This document shows positions 1 through 13,929 of a stretch of 64,000 bases of DNA, piece by piece. The notes below the pieces were generated by a model, which saw only the letters and a list, made by a program, of their open reading frames with translations, was not told the origin of the DNA and did not search any database. Every line of letters starts with the position of its first letter. Position 1 is the stretch's first letter. The stretch is from the NCBI RefSeq assembly GCF_009914755.1, contig NC_060934.1; one strand, 5' to 3'. The DNA is from the human T2T-CHM13v2.0 reference genome, Homo sapiens. The translations under genes and the position numbers were made by a program.

Positions 1-289
1 GAAATATACCATATTCATAGATTGGAGAACTCAGTATTGTGGAGATGTCAATTCTCCCAAGAGAATCCAGAAACAGACCCGATCATGTAGTATCACCTGA
101 CTTATTTAAAAAAAAACAGGGGGTTCTGGGATATTTGTAATGTACTCTTTGTTAATCTAGGTCCTGGTTACATGAGCACTGAGGGTATAAGTATTTAACA
201 GGTTGTACATTTATTACATGCACACTTTTATTATATTTCAATAAAAAATTCATTTTTAATCCCTTTTAAAAATGCAGTTCTAATGCCTT

Positions 290-1130
290 AGAGGAAAGAC
301 TCAACTGAGAAATTAATATTAAGCAAAGACAACAAGAGTTGGACAGAGGGGAGCTAAGCAGCTGCTCAGGGAAGGAATATCCAGCCAGAGGGAACAAGAA
401 GTAAAAATCCCTAGACCAGCCCAAGGGAGTGTGGCTAACATAAGAAGCAGGAGAACACTCAGGACTTAAGCCAATGAGGTTCCAGGGACCTGACTGCTTA
501 GGACCTGCAGGCCATTGTAGGGACTTTATTCAGATGAGATGGGACCCCATGGAGAGACTTATGCAGAAGAGTGACAGGATCTGATTCATGCTTGAGAAGG
601 TTGTTCTGGATGCTTTGTTGAAGATAGATTGGAGGTGGGGTGGTAAGGGCAGAGCAGACAGACCAGTTAGGAGGCTGGTGTAATATTCTAGGAGAGACAT
701 GATGGTGGTTTGGAGCTAGTAGTAGGAGTGCAGGTGGTGAGAAGTGCTCCGATTCTGGGAATATTTTGAAACTTGAACCAAGAGGATTTCCTGCTGTATT
801 GAATGTGGTGTTTGAGGGCAAATAAATAAATTTTTAAAAATGAGTCAAGGGTGACTCCAGAGTTTTTAGTTTCAGCCATGGGAAGGATGGCATTGCCAAT
901 AGTAAAATGAGCAAAGAACAGGTTTGTGGACAAAGAAAAGGAATTCGATTGTGGAATGGTAAGTCTGAGAGGAGATGGGGTATTCAAATGTAGGTGTTGA
1001 GCAGCAGTTGAATCGGTGACGCCGGGTTCAGGGGAGAGGTTCTTCATGGAAATATAAATATGGAAGTCATCTATGTATCTAAAAGCAATGAGAATAATTG
1101 AGATTATCAAGGAAGTGAGTATAATTGTAT
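290..1130 (-). mobile_element. L2 LINE remnant
   Basis: Typical antisense L2a motifs (agagggaacaag, gccattgtagggacttt, gagtgacaggatctgatt, gagtcaagggtgactccagagtttt). Confidence 0.7.
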
Positions 1131-1487
1131 TGGGAGCTGCTCTCCACTGGTGAGGAATATGTGCAGAAGTCTGCTGTCATAATGCCATCAGTGGTTAGGG
1201 TGACATTGTCCATGGGTAATAGAGTAAGCAACATCTTGCATCTCCCTATCTAATTTCCACCATGTGGGTTTACTTTGCCAGACAAACTCTCTACTCTGGT
1301 ACCACTAGTTGTTCTTTCCTAAGTAGAGAGCCACCTCAATCCCAGCCTTATCAGTTGCAGCCCTGGCCCCATTTCAGAGCTCTTGTCAACTCCAACCCTG
1401 CCACGCAAGGTTGAGTTCTGCTTCTGGTATGCCTCCTTCAACCTGGTTAGCAGAGCTTACACCCACCAGACAATAAGAATTGCTTGC

Positions 1488-2016
1488 TGTGATGATTAAT
1501 GTTAACTTGACTGGGTCACAGTGTACCCAGATATTTGGCTAAACATTATTCTGGGTGTGTCTTTGAGGGTGGAGGGTGTTTCTGCATGAGATTAACATTT
1601 GAATTTGTGGAGTGAGTAAAGCAGATTGCTCCCCCAACAACCCTCAACCCAACCCATGTGGGTGGGCTTCATCTAACCCACTGAAGGCCTGAATAGAATA
1701 AAAAGGAGGAGTAAGGGAGAATTTCCTCCCTCTGCCTGATGGTCAGTCTTAAGCTGGGACATCAGTCTCCTCCTGCCTTCAGATCTAGACTTATACCATT
1801 GACTTTGCTGGTTCTCAGATTTTCAGACTCAGACAGAGACTATACCATCTTCTTTCCTGGGTCTCCAGTTTATAGAGCTTGGGATTTCCCAGCCACTATA
1901 ACCCTGTGGGCCAATTCTTTATAATCAACATCTCTCTCTCTCTCTCTCACGCATGTGTGTGCACGCACACACAGAGAGACACCATTGCTCTGTTTCTGTA
2001 GAGAACCCTAATATAC
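1488..2016 (+). mobile_element. MLT2-family (ERVL) solo LTR
   Basis: Starts tgtgatgattaat...aacttgactggg; contains gagtaaagcagattg and an internal (TC)n/(CA)n tract; ends ctgtttctgtagagaaccctaatatac. Confidence 0.75.
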
Positions 2017-3152
2017 TTACTTTGTCCCAGAAGCACCTACCTAAGTCATCCCCAGCCCTTCAGCTCCACTTGGTTTAGACTCCAATTAGTTTCACCTCCT
2101 CAAAACAGCAGTGTGTGTCAATCCCTTCTTGGGAGCCTAGTTCATTCCTTACCCTGACTCAGCCCAGCCTAGGGTAACTGTTATGATGCAGTGGCCTCTG
2201 CTTTTGCAGAGCTGGGCAGACAGAAAGGTAAAGAAGATGCACAGAATGGAGCTATGCAAACATGTGCCCATACATCCAAGTCAGAACAGAAGCTTTCTGA
2301 AGCTTACCAGAGCTTCCTAGACCTAAGGATGCTGATGGGATTAGCGCACTGTCTGGAACATGGTAGGTCCCCAGGGCATCTCTATTGCATCAATAGTTCA
2401 CATAGAATGAACTATAGAAAGCTAAGATTTGTGCTAAGATGATGGCACTAGCTAAAGTTTTCCCTTATCGTTTCTCACATTTCCTTTCAGTATACTCAAG
2501 GGCAAACCTGGAACCAGTTTGCTTGGGTTTGAACACCTGAGTTTGTGAATTCCAAATCACACATCCGCATGCAGGTTGTTGAAATTCTCTTAACCCATAG
2601 TGCCTGCCACTGTAAAAGGAGGATAATAATAGTGACAAGTTTGGGTATGGTCATTGTGAGAATTAAATGTGATATTGCAGCTAAAGCACTTAATACGGGA
2701 TTTAGCACATGGGAATCAGTATTTTTTAGCTATTATTAAAAGTCCTTGATTTACATTTTTAGCTGCTAAACCAGACTAATTCTATACATACATATGTACA
2801 AGCACACATATACACATAAACATAACCCAGACTAAAAATATTTAAATGATTCCCTTGGCTATGGTTAGTGCTAGGACAAAAACTTTGTGTGTCCAGCCAT
2901 ATCCACTTCAGCCAAGATACAATCTGAATAGCATGCTTCTGATTTCTCTAGTGCATTCTCATTCAGAAACAGAAAACATGACAGAGAAGCGTGTATTGTT
3001 ATCGATATTAAGTAACATTTCACCCGCAAATTCCAAATCTTGCGGCATAGGGAAAAAAAAACAACACTAGAAATACATAACATATTTTCTTCATTCTCAA
3101 AACTGATTTATTCAACAAAGAAATAATCATGGAGAGCATACTGCGTTCCAGG

Positions 3153-3156
<4 letters not shown>

Positions 3157-3194
<38 letters not shown>
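3157..3194. repeat. (GT)19 microsatellite
   Basis: Direct reading. Confidence 0.95.
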
Positions 3195-3197
<3 letters not shown>

Positions 3198-3311
3198 AAA
3201 TGATAGATTAACAGACTTCAAATAGTTGGCAATTCTGAGAACTATTTAAATGTGCTACATTGGAAGTCCCAATGTACATTGAAAAACAATTTTAAGAGTT
3301 AATCACCCTCT

Positions 3312-3313
<2 letters not shown>

Positions 3314-3346
<33 letters not shown>
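3314..3346. repeat. (AC)16 microsatellite
   Basis: Direct reading. Confidence 0.95.
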
Positions 3347-3348
<2 letters not shown>

Positions 3349-4248
3349 TTGTCATGTGCAAAGACAGCTAATCCTAGTAAGAATGATAGCACAATTCATG
3401 AAGATGGCAGGCCATGCCCCAACTTGAAACCTCATACGCTGAAGAGAAGCTAAGTATGCATAGTAAGACTCAAAAACAAAAACAAAAACAAATCAATGGA
3501 TCTTAAATTACATCCAAGTGAGGAAGCCAAGTAGAGAGTAAGTGTGGCCACTTATTCAGGGCTGAGGCAATAGCAGATAGGCTAAGTAAGTTCATTGCCT
3601 GGGTCTTTACAGAAGACAGCAGGGAGAGTCTCACTAGAACCTGACAGGCTAGGAGTAGGAGATCAGACAGTGGCAAATGAACAGCATGTTCCAGGGCTGG
3701 CTGATGATGTGAATGCAGATAAGTCACAGGCACCAGGATGTTCGTGTGAACTCCTTAAAGGAACTCAAGGGTTCAAATAAGATCCTATTGCACAAAATGC
3801 TTAACCTGTCCTTAACAGCAGCTGCTGAGCTGGAGGATCCCTGGATTGCCAGCTTGAGTCTCTTTCCTAAAGGTATTAGATATAAAATTAGCATAAGATT
3901 TGTTAAATCCTAGCACTGCAGAAGCTGTAGAGGGCATGCCTTGAAGTTTAAATGGAGTAAATTAAGGACAAATAGCCAGAAAAAAAATATTTAGCAGTAG
4001 TTAGCAAAGTTAAGAAATTCATTACCCCCAAAGATATGGGGGTATATAAAATATAAAAAAGATTCCTAAAAAGTTTAGATCAATTCAGAGATATATCCAC
4101 ATAGGAGTGAGGTTTTCAGGGACAAAGACTTAGGGTCCTAAGGTTGGTATCTTTGAGAGTGGCATTGATGGAGAGATAAAGAAGCATTGCTCCATATTTC
4201 TTGGTACCTCCAGGCTGGGCCTCTTTTGTAATTCCTGTATGCCAGTAG

Positions 4249-4560
<312 letters not shown>

Positions 4561-4647
4561 AGTAATCCCTCTTTCTTTTATTAAACATATCACCCCCACT
4601 TTCAGTCTTGGCATTTTGGTCTCATGCATGATAAAATGCCCAGTGGA

Positions 4648-4780
4648 AGTGGCTCACACCTATATAATCCCAGCACTTTGGGAGGCTGAGGCAGGAGGAT
4701 TGCTTGAACCCAGGAGTTTGAGACCAACCTAGACAACACAGGGAGACTGGTCTCTACAAAAAATTAAAATAAAATTAAAA
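4648..4780 (+). mobile_element. Free left Alu monomer (FLAM-C/AluJ-like)
   Basis: Single Alu arm with A-rich tail; TSD-like gcccagtgga on both sides. Confidence 0.85.
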
Positions 4781-7541
4781 AGCCCAGTGGATAGTCACTG
4801 TGCTTCTGCCTGTGCCACATCTTTGCTGTTACAGTCTTGTTTCTCTTATTTTAACAGGGGTTCTGCCGCACCAAAAAACAGACACGACCGGCCTAGGGGA
4901 AGGGAGAGGGTGAGCTAACACTTTACCTTGGCTTCCAGAAATGCTAATTGTTCCCAAAGGATCAAGTGCTGCCAAAGCCTCACCCCTTCTTTGTCCATCC
5001 TAATAGGCCTGCTTGTCCCCATGGAAATATTGATGAATTCTCCGTCATAGGATACGGAGGTCATTGGAGAAGGAAGCAATTTCTGTAAACAATAATCCAT
5101 TTGTAGGTTTACTTTTCCACCTACCCCCCACCCCCAACAAAAGTAAGTGAGGGCTTTGTGATCCCTGGAATGGGAGATAATACATAAAACATGCCAAGGA
5201 GGGTGCCATTATGGTGTTCACCATGACCTAAAGGAGACGAAGATCTGGGATTTGGAGGTAAGTACACAAAGATAGCAATGTAGAATGGGGAGCATGTGAA
5301 TAAGGCATCTCTATTTTAGCTGAGAAAAATATATGAGGGGAAGGCTTGTGATTTCCAGGTCATGTACCTTAGCCAATTCCAACACAAAGACCATCTCAGT
5401 GTCAAAAGGTCATATTCAGAGAGCTACTTCCAAACAGGCGGGAATTGGCCTTATACAGAAATAATGTGGTAACATAACCCCCAGAGGAAAATGTGTTTTC
5501 AGTTACACCAGGGCCAGGCCCAGCCTTTCCCACAAGCTCTTCCTAAATAGGAACTTGGCAATGGGATTAGCTGAGCTGGAGCGGACATCCTTGGCTTTAG
5601 AGGTGAGGCCCATCAGGGTCTGGAGGAAGGTTGGGCAGAGGTTTTCCCTGCTGCTAATAGCACTGAAGAATCAGCATCACATCCATTTTATTAATTTCCT
5701 TGACAGACAGCTCTAGTTACCATGCAGGCACCACAAAATCAAAACATACGCATGTCAAGGGGCCCCATCTGTGGTGGGGCCCTGCCAAAGCCCATGTTAC
5801 ATCAACACGAGGAAGCAGAGCACAGCTCCACACACCATGTGCTTGGTCCCATGGGCCATGCCCTGGAAGAAAACCACCAGAGCTTGATTGAAAGAGCCAG
5901 AGAAGTTCTCGTGGTGACAGTCCTTTATCCTGAGTCTGGGCTTTTCATGTTGAACATAAGATCCCTGGGAGACACGTGGCTACATCTGGCTTCAGGGTCT
6001 CGTCTCTAAACACAGCTACACAGACCTCCCTGCCACCTCCATTCAGTTCCACCCATGCAGGATGAGAGCAGCCTGGATTAAAGAAGATACCTAAAGGAAT
6101 GCAACATCTTTATTTGTAAGCTGGATCTGAGCTCAGAGTTCTGCTGAGCTGAGACCTTTGGCTGCATAATGAGCATAGGAGGATTTTTTAAATCAAGATA
6201 TCCCTTGCTATCAGTGTTGCTAAAGTGATTGAAGGAGCTCCAAAGCAATTTGTTCCTTTATGTGGAGCAATGTTAACTATCAGTTGGCTACATAATGCCG
6301 ATTTGGCAGGTACGAAGGATAAGGACTTAGAAAAACTCCTGCTCTAAATAATATCACTCATAGGTGCCCAAGGTGAGCACCAATGCATCTGTATCCTCAT
6401 GCTTCCCACCCATCCCTCTTATTGCAACCTAGGCCATTTCCTCAAAACCATCAAGGAACTTGGCAGTCAATTAGGTAGCCACATGACAGCAAAAGGCAGG
6501 AGGTCTCATACCTTTGATTGCAGAGCTTCCAGCCTCCTTTATGGACCTCGTGCTGACTCATGAACTTTCTAAGGATGTAATTTCCCACCTTGCCAGCTAT
6601 TAATTCTGCTCCTTACATAGTAAGAGGCAAGATGTAAGCCCAGATCCAGAGCTAACTGCCTCCCATGCCATAACAGAAAGGCTCAAGCTAGACCCGTTTT
6701 ACACACAGGTTTGTCACCTTGACTGCCTAATCTAAGAACAGTCTAAGGATGAGGACTGGAGTGACTGTTATCCCAGGCTCCAGAAGCCCCCTTGCTAGTG
6801 GCTGGGCGATCAATGCAAGGCTCTGGAAACACAATCCTAACCTGGCCCACCCTGGGAGGACAGAGTCGGTTTTTTTTCTCTCCTTGCCTGCACTGGTGCA
6901 GCAGGTATGGCCACCTTGGGGACTCTGGAGTGTCTGTCCAGCCAGCTCTGACAAGGACATGAACACATCCAGACCGCCTGTCTCTCGGTGCAAAGGGCAC
7001 TGCTGCCGAGGACTCAGTACATTGTTTCGCTCTCCATTCAAACAACCGCGGCATGTCAGTCCTGCTGGCCTCCTTGATTGTGCAGAAATAAATAAATGAA
7101 TTATGCTGTTGGGGTTTGGGCTTCAGCACAAACACATGGTCTGCATTTATCCACACAGTGAGAGGTCCACCAGCCACTTGATATAAAAGAGCAAAATGAT
7201 AATTCTTTTCTTTAGGCGCTCTGTTGCCATATGGAATGTATATAAATCATATTTTTGTTTTAACAGCGGAGGCTTTGTTGATAGATAAACATGTGGTTTA
7301 TCTAAAAAAAGAGGGGATTGTGCTTTGAACAATCATTTAATGGCCGTGGATGTGCCAAATAAAAATAAAAACATAATTTTGAAAGAAGTTGGCTTCATGC
7401 CCAAATCCGTAACAAGGAATTTCTCCTTAACCCAAGTGGTTAGAGCCCGTCGATCTGTTTTGAGTTTAAGCTGTGCTCTCTACTCAACCCCACGACAAAT
7501 GGAATCCCGAGCTAATGTGCTCTAATAAGACGAGACGTTAC

Positions 7542-7697
7542 CTTTATGAATGACCTCATGGAGAAGAGGTTGGCAAGCATGGTGGAGAGGCCTTGAGCCA
7601 GGCAGCTCTGGGCTATGAAGCCCAACTTCAACTCTGCGAGGCAGATTGCGTCATCACCTTCTTTCCAATTCCAGCTCGGGATGTTTAGCAGATGGGC
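7542..7697 (-). CDS. KCNMA1: KCNMA1 exon 14 (156 nt): RCK1 C-terminal part
   Basis: tttccccag|GCC CAT CTG CTA AAC...ATA AAG|gtaacg, reading [52 protein letters not shown]. Confidence 0.98.
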
Positions 7698-8103
7698 CTG
7701 GGGAAAGAAAAGCAGGTATGAGACCTTGCTCTGTTAAATGTTCAATTGTTTAACATTTCTTCTGGGAAATGCAGCATTGCCCAACCACTCAGGGCCATCC
7801 AGTCTTGCCCTTCTTTTCCCTTGCTGCGGTCTGATGTTTGCTGTTTTATGCAACTCTTCTGCTCATCACACTTCAGTCTCTCTGGACTGTTGCTTCTGCA
7901 CCCACCAAGCCCAAGTCCTCCCCTGGGTTTGTCATTTAGCCAAATAGAGCCCAGAGGGAATTTCCTCTTGTGACAGACCCAACAGCCTGGGTTACTAGGA
8001 TGTCTAGCTAAATCATTAAGTTGAGTCCTCTAATAGACCGTAGGAGTGCCAAATGCCTGTATATTTTCAGTTTCTTTTTTACCTGCCTTTCCAATACTCC
8101 AGA

Positions 8104-8295
8104 TCAGTGACTCCCAGGCATCAGGAGCGGGCATCAGAATCACCTGTACAGTTTCTGAAAACACAGATTGCTGGCCCCCCACCAGCATTTCTGATTCAGT
8201 AGATCTGGGGTAAGGCTGGAGAATTTGGCATTTCTCACAAGTTGGAGGTGACGCTGACGCTGTTGATCTAGGGGCCACACTTTGAGAACCACTGG
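8104..8295. mobile_element. MER5A-like hAT-Charlie DNA transposon
   Basis: Motifs catcagaatcacctg, ttctgattcagtagatctgggg, cactttgagaaccactg. Confidence 0.8.
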
Positions 8296-8399
8296 CCTAA
8301 AACATCAGGTAAATCACAGTGTCGACGTTTCCAATCTCTTGCAAATGGACTGGTCCTATTCAACCCTTATGTCAGGCCCTGAGACAAGAACCCAGAGGC

Positions 8400-9290
8400 A
8401 TGCTCATCCAATTATTTTTAAGTGGCATGAAGCAGAGAGTCATAGAAAATACATTGGATGAAAGAATCAAAGTTCAAAAGGTTCTCCAGAGTTGGAAAAA
8501 TCGGCAAAAGACCAAACTAAAAAGATTTACAAGGCTTTCATGTCAAGTACAGCATTTAGGCTAAAAAAAATCAACTATATAAATTCAAAATGAGAAGACC
8601 TAGCTTGGCAGCAGGCAGGAGAGAAATAAAAGAAAACAAAACACACAAAGCTAAATTTAAGTGTGTGGGTAACTAAAACCTCAAATTTTAGGCTAGCCAT
8701 GTGACATTACAGAGAAAGCCAGTGTTTACTTTTTAGAAGTGCTCCCCAGATCAAGGGAAATGAACATTTCATTCTGTTGTGAATTGGTCAGACTAGTTCC
8801 AGAGTACTTGATCCAGTTTTCAGTCAGATTTAAAGAGGGAAAATGATCAACTGAATAACTTCCAGAGAAAAGTGACAAAGACAAGAGGAGGTAGCGTCTG
8901 GAAAAGATCTTTTGAGGAACAGTTAAGACAGCCAGTAATATTTGGCCTGAAGAAGGCTCTCGTCCTCACAGAGACAGGATGGTTACATCTGAATACTTCA
9001 GGTGCTGCTGTGTACAAGATTAGGTTTGTCCTGCTTTGTTCTAGAAGCCAGAATTAAGACTGACTGGTATATATTCCAAGAAAGCAGATTTTTGTCTTGT
9101 TTTATAAATGAACTTCCTAAGGATGTAATTTGTCTACCAAACGGAGAAGGTTACCTTAAAAAATGAAAGGTCTTTGTCCCTAAGACTCAGTAAGTATTTC
9201 TCCAAGTTACTATGGAAAGAACTTTTGCTCTGCACTAGGAGGTTGAATCAGAGAGCCCTTCTAAGTCTCTGCTAGTGCCAAGATTCTATG
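8400..9290 (+). mobile_element. CR1/L3 LINE remnant
   Basis: Degenerate CR1 3' region ending in aggttgaatcaga...ccttctaagtctct...agattctatg. Confidence 0.55.
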
Positions 9291-12200
9291 GCTTTGAAGT
9301 TATTATTTCTCTGCACATCTCAGCAAACACAAGGAGCACCAAGGGAGCATTCCCTTCACTTTCAGAACAATATACAATAGTTGAACTAGAAGGATGGAAG
9401 ACTCCATTGTGAAAACAAAGAGCAAGTCCAAGGGTTCCACACTCTGCTTTCAAAAATACTATTCTTGTGAAATTCCTTCTTGCAAAATCCGCTTCTGTGA
9501 CAATCTTGTGCATCCTAAGCCAAAAGTGGGTACTCCAGGGAGAGATGACAGTGCCCTCCCTGATGAGAGCATGGTTAAATAGTCTCATGGAGGGGCCACA
9601 GCAAGTGGTAATTGCTGTCAAACTATCAAAGGACCTTCCCCACACTGCAGACTCAATTCCAACAACTAGCCCTACCCTTTATTCCTTCCTCTCCCTACTC
9701 TCCAGTGGCTTCAGATGGCCACTTTCCCTTTTACTTCCTGGGCATCGTAGAGAACACATTGGTATAACTGGAGAAATACTCACTTGCAGTAATATCATCT
9801 GAGAACCTGAGAGGAATGAGGAGAAATTCAGTTTAAGTAATGAACAAGTCAAGCATTGTGTGTGAAAGGAGATTTTTTTGGTCCAAGCCCTAAAGAGACA
9901 GCTCTGAACCTTCATGGCACCTTCAAACAAACAAGCAAAACCTTTCAGAGAAAGTCTCTCCTATCCGCATGTGCTATCTAAGGTATAAGGCTGAGGCATT
10001 TCATCCTTGGGTCCCCCATGGCCCTGTCTGGTTTGAGTTCTGCAGGCATATTTTGAGCTTTCTTTCTCACTGTCCACCTTGACACTTGGCCATGTGATTA
10101 TATAGAAAAGTTGAGTTTGTTCCTTATCTCAGGGTTCTGTGCCCTCTTTTTTTGGATATTATATTTTCTCCAACGCAGGGAAGGAGTGAGGGTGACCTGC
10201 TGAATGCTTGGAGGGAAATCTCTGTGCATGAAACAAAGAGAAGAGACTGACCCAGGAACATAAATCCTTTGTTTCTGGAAACTTCGTCCTTTTCCATTTG
10301 AAGTAAATTGAGTCTGATGAAAAATGCCAGTGTTAGTGCCCAGAAGTCTGGAGGCAAATCCTCTCTCCCTAACTTGGAGAATATAAAGAGCAGGTCTGGC
10401 AGACCTGGCTGCCCTTCATTTCTGCTACTTCACCACCCCTCCCTCCTCTCATGGAGAAGGAACTGGAAATACGCTGTCCTGGAAAACCAGGAGAGATGGA
10501 TTTCAGTCCTAGTTCCATCTCTCACTACATACAATTTTGGGAAGCCACTATGAGGAACAAAGAAGGCCATGAAAGAGGAAACGATTTAATACAATTGCCC
10601 AAGTGTCAGGGTGGACAGTGGAAAAAAAAAGCTCAAAGAACTTGCCTCTATCTGCACTGGGCTCATGGGACTTGGCTTCCAGAGATAAAGGCCTCTTTCA
10701 CTAGAGTCTTTGGGAAAAATAAAAAATCCACTGAGAGGTAAATCATCAGGAGTGATACTTTTCCAAGAAGTTATAAACCAATCTTTCCTTGAAGAGCTTT
10801 GAGCCATTTACACTCAAATCAGAAGATGCAGGGCCAGCATTTAAAAGATGGCCAGCATGAAAGCGTTTCTCTCCAAGAATTCTAGTGATATTAAAAGATA
10901 CACTTTGGAGAGCATCAGCCCTTCTATAATGCCTACTCTCGGGAACCACAGTTTGGTTCAATGGGCTGTGGCTCCATTTAAAGAGTCGGTGGCAGTAAGC
11001 TCTTCTGTCTCCCCGCTCGCTGGCTGCAGAGTGGTGGCCATGATTTGTGCCCAGCAGAGCTGCGCTGTCTATACAGAGCTTAGATGCCCTGCTCTGAAGT
11101 TACCCTGGGATGCTAAAATGCACAGATGGTCCAACGAGTACTAAAGAAGATAATGGATGTCAAAGCTCTTTTAAAACCATAAAATATGACACACATGTCT
11201 ACAATTATGATGATGACAAACTCAGGGCCAGTTTTACATGGAGAGAAAGTAGGCAGCTTCCCTACATCCCTCTAGGCCCTAGAATATTACTATTACTGGA
11301 TCATAGGGGATTGAAATGCTTCATATTTCAAGCCCGTTGTCCAATTATGAAATCAGCTATCTCTTGGAATATGTTCATAGTGACATGACTTTACAGGCAC
11401 ATACCAGGTCCTTTCCTGAAAGCAAATTGTAATGCATGGAGATCTCTAAGCATCTAGGATGAGTGCAGCAAAAAGTGCCAAGAAAGGCAGAAAAAAAATG
11501 TTGAAAGGGAAGAGGAAGAAAATGTATTGAAAGAGTAGGAAACATCTCAGGAAACACAGCAAAACTGTGAAGCAAGGTGAAGAATGTCCATTTGCAATTC
11601 TACAAGGAATGAAAGACAAACAATGATGAGTGGACGTTTTCTTCTTTCTCTAGAAGAGAGATATGAAAGAACAACAACAACAAAATGCCCTGTGTCAAAG
11701 TCACTCTATTCCCTGTGTCCTGACTAATCATCCAAGGATCTGTAAGTGATTCTGCCCAACCCCAAAACTCGAATAGTTTGGGATGGTTCTAAACAAAATG
11801 TGTTTTAAGCAAATAATCATGAATTGGTTGATATCTTCCTCACTGTTTCTGAATAATTACAACACAGAGGTTTGCCAAACACATTCAGGTTGCTATGATC
11901 ATGTGATTACTGACCAGGGACTGTCTGGATCCCAGGCCGGCTGAGCTGCTTTGAGTTGGACAATAACCACAGCTAAAATCCTCCTTAATTTCTTGAAGAT
12001 GCTGCATCAGCACTCATTGGAAAGAGAAAAAAAAGGAACTGACAACCCCTTCTAAACATACAACATTAATTTTCCTATTCAATCTAAATTCAGCCAAAAA
12101 TCTAAACAACAGCTTAAAGCACTCCCACACTAAATGAAATTTCAGATCACAAATGAAAGAAGGAGAGCTCGTTGCTGCAGGAGCTGTCACTAGTCACAGC

Positions 12201-13423
12201 CTTGCTAATAAAATTCACCTCCACCTACAAGGGCTGCCATCAAAAACTTCTCCAGCTTGACACCCGTACATTACCAATATCCTCACTTTATCTCTTCAGT
12301 GTCCTTGGGTTTTCCAGAGACAAACAGGCGAATGTGACCTTGGGTGCCCACCACCAAATCCGTTGGCTGGAGAACAACACGTTCTGCAAGGGAGCCACCT
12401 GCCGAGGGCTGGGCAGTGGCTGGCAGCAGTCAGCCGTTCTGGATGGTGGGCCAGTCACTGACAGCAGGCTCCACTCAGTGACAGCCTCTGATGGGCCTCC
12501 ACACAGCAAAATGGGCCAGCACTTGCCAGCAATTAAGAAATAACGGCATGGCACTGGTGCATTTGGCAGAATGGGGTTTTTCTCTGCATCACCTGACTGC
12601 CTATTTCATAGGGAATATGGCCCATAAGAGGGGGTACGCTGTTACTCATAACCCAGCAGCGAGTTATTCTGTACAGACAGGACACCTGGCTCCAGGTACT
12701 GGGCAGCCTCCGGTTTCTAGGTTTCATTAAGGACATAACTGGTACTGCATCAAATGGAGAAAGGTGCCACCTTCCCTCCCCTAAAGCTGTTTTTTTGGAA
12801 GTTTATTGACTGGCCGAGAGAAGGAGCACTGCCTTTGAATGAGACACTGGACTCTGGTTTACTGAGAAGTAATCACAGGGAAACAGCATAGACTCTGACT
12901 TTTGTCTTCTTTCTAATCAATCCCCCACTGTAAGCTATAACACAAGGAAAATTCCTTTCTCTTTAATCTCTGGATAGCTTACTATTTTCCTGATTCAACT
13001 CTGCAAATTCTCATCTCGACTCTGGGAATGTGTCCCACATTACACTCTTACAGAGCGCATTATGCACTCACTAGTTCACCTGGTCTCAGATAGAGAAATC
13101 CTATCACTCACTTGCCTGGAGCATTCTACACCTTAACTGCTAAATCCCCGAGGACACAAAATAGGGCTTCTCCTTCACTGATATTCCTGTGGGTGTCAGG
13201 GAGAGTGCTAATCACACAGTACGTATTCAATAAATATTTACTGAATAAATAAATGACTGCAGCACATACAAATAAAAGTTGTTGTAACTTAAGTATGGAT
13301 GGGATCCAAGAGTAAATCAATAGTTCTGAACCTCGGGTTCCAATAGACACTTCCCGAATGAATGAATCAGTACATGAAGGAGCATCCTTCCAGTGACCAA
13401 ATGCAAACACGTTGTTTGGACTA

Positions 13424-13756
<333 letters not shown>

Positions 13757-13811
13757 TTAACAATCACACCTCTTTACCCAGGTCTTTGAGTTGCGCACAT
13801 GTGGGCATGTG

Positions 13812-13814
<3 letters not shown>

Positions 13815-13852
<38 letters not shown>
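13815..13852. repeat. (GT)19 microsatellite, (CA)19 in the pre-mRNA
   Basis: Direct reading; begins 77 nt downstream of the exon 13 donor. Confidence 0.95.
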
Positions 13853-13855
<3 letters not shown>

Positions 13856-13929
13856 CCTGTATAATGAGGAAGAAGAGGCTGGACCTGTGGATGGGTCTTC
13901 AGACCTGGAGCGGGCTCTCGCACTCCTAC

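Noticed and set aside
12172-12736. Overlapping ORFs and possible plus-strand acceptors suggesting an antisense or extra exon
   Set aside because: No convincing acceptor-donor pair or protein similarity; cannot be supported without transcript data.
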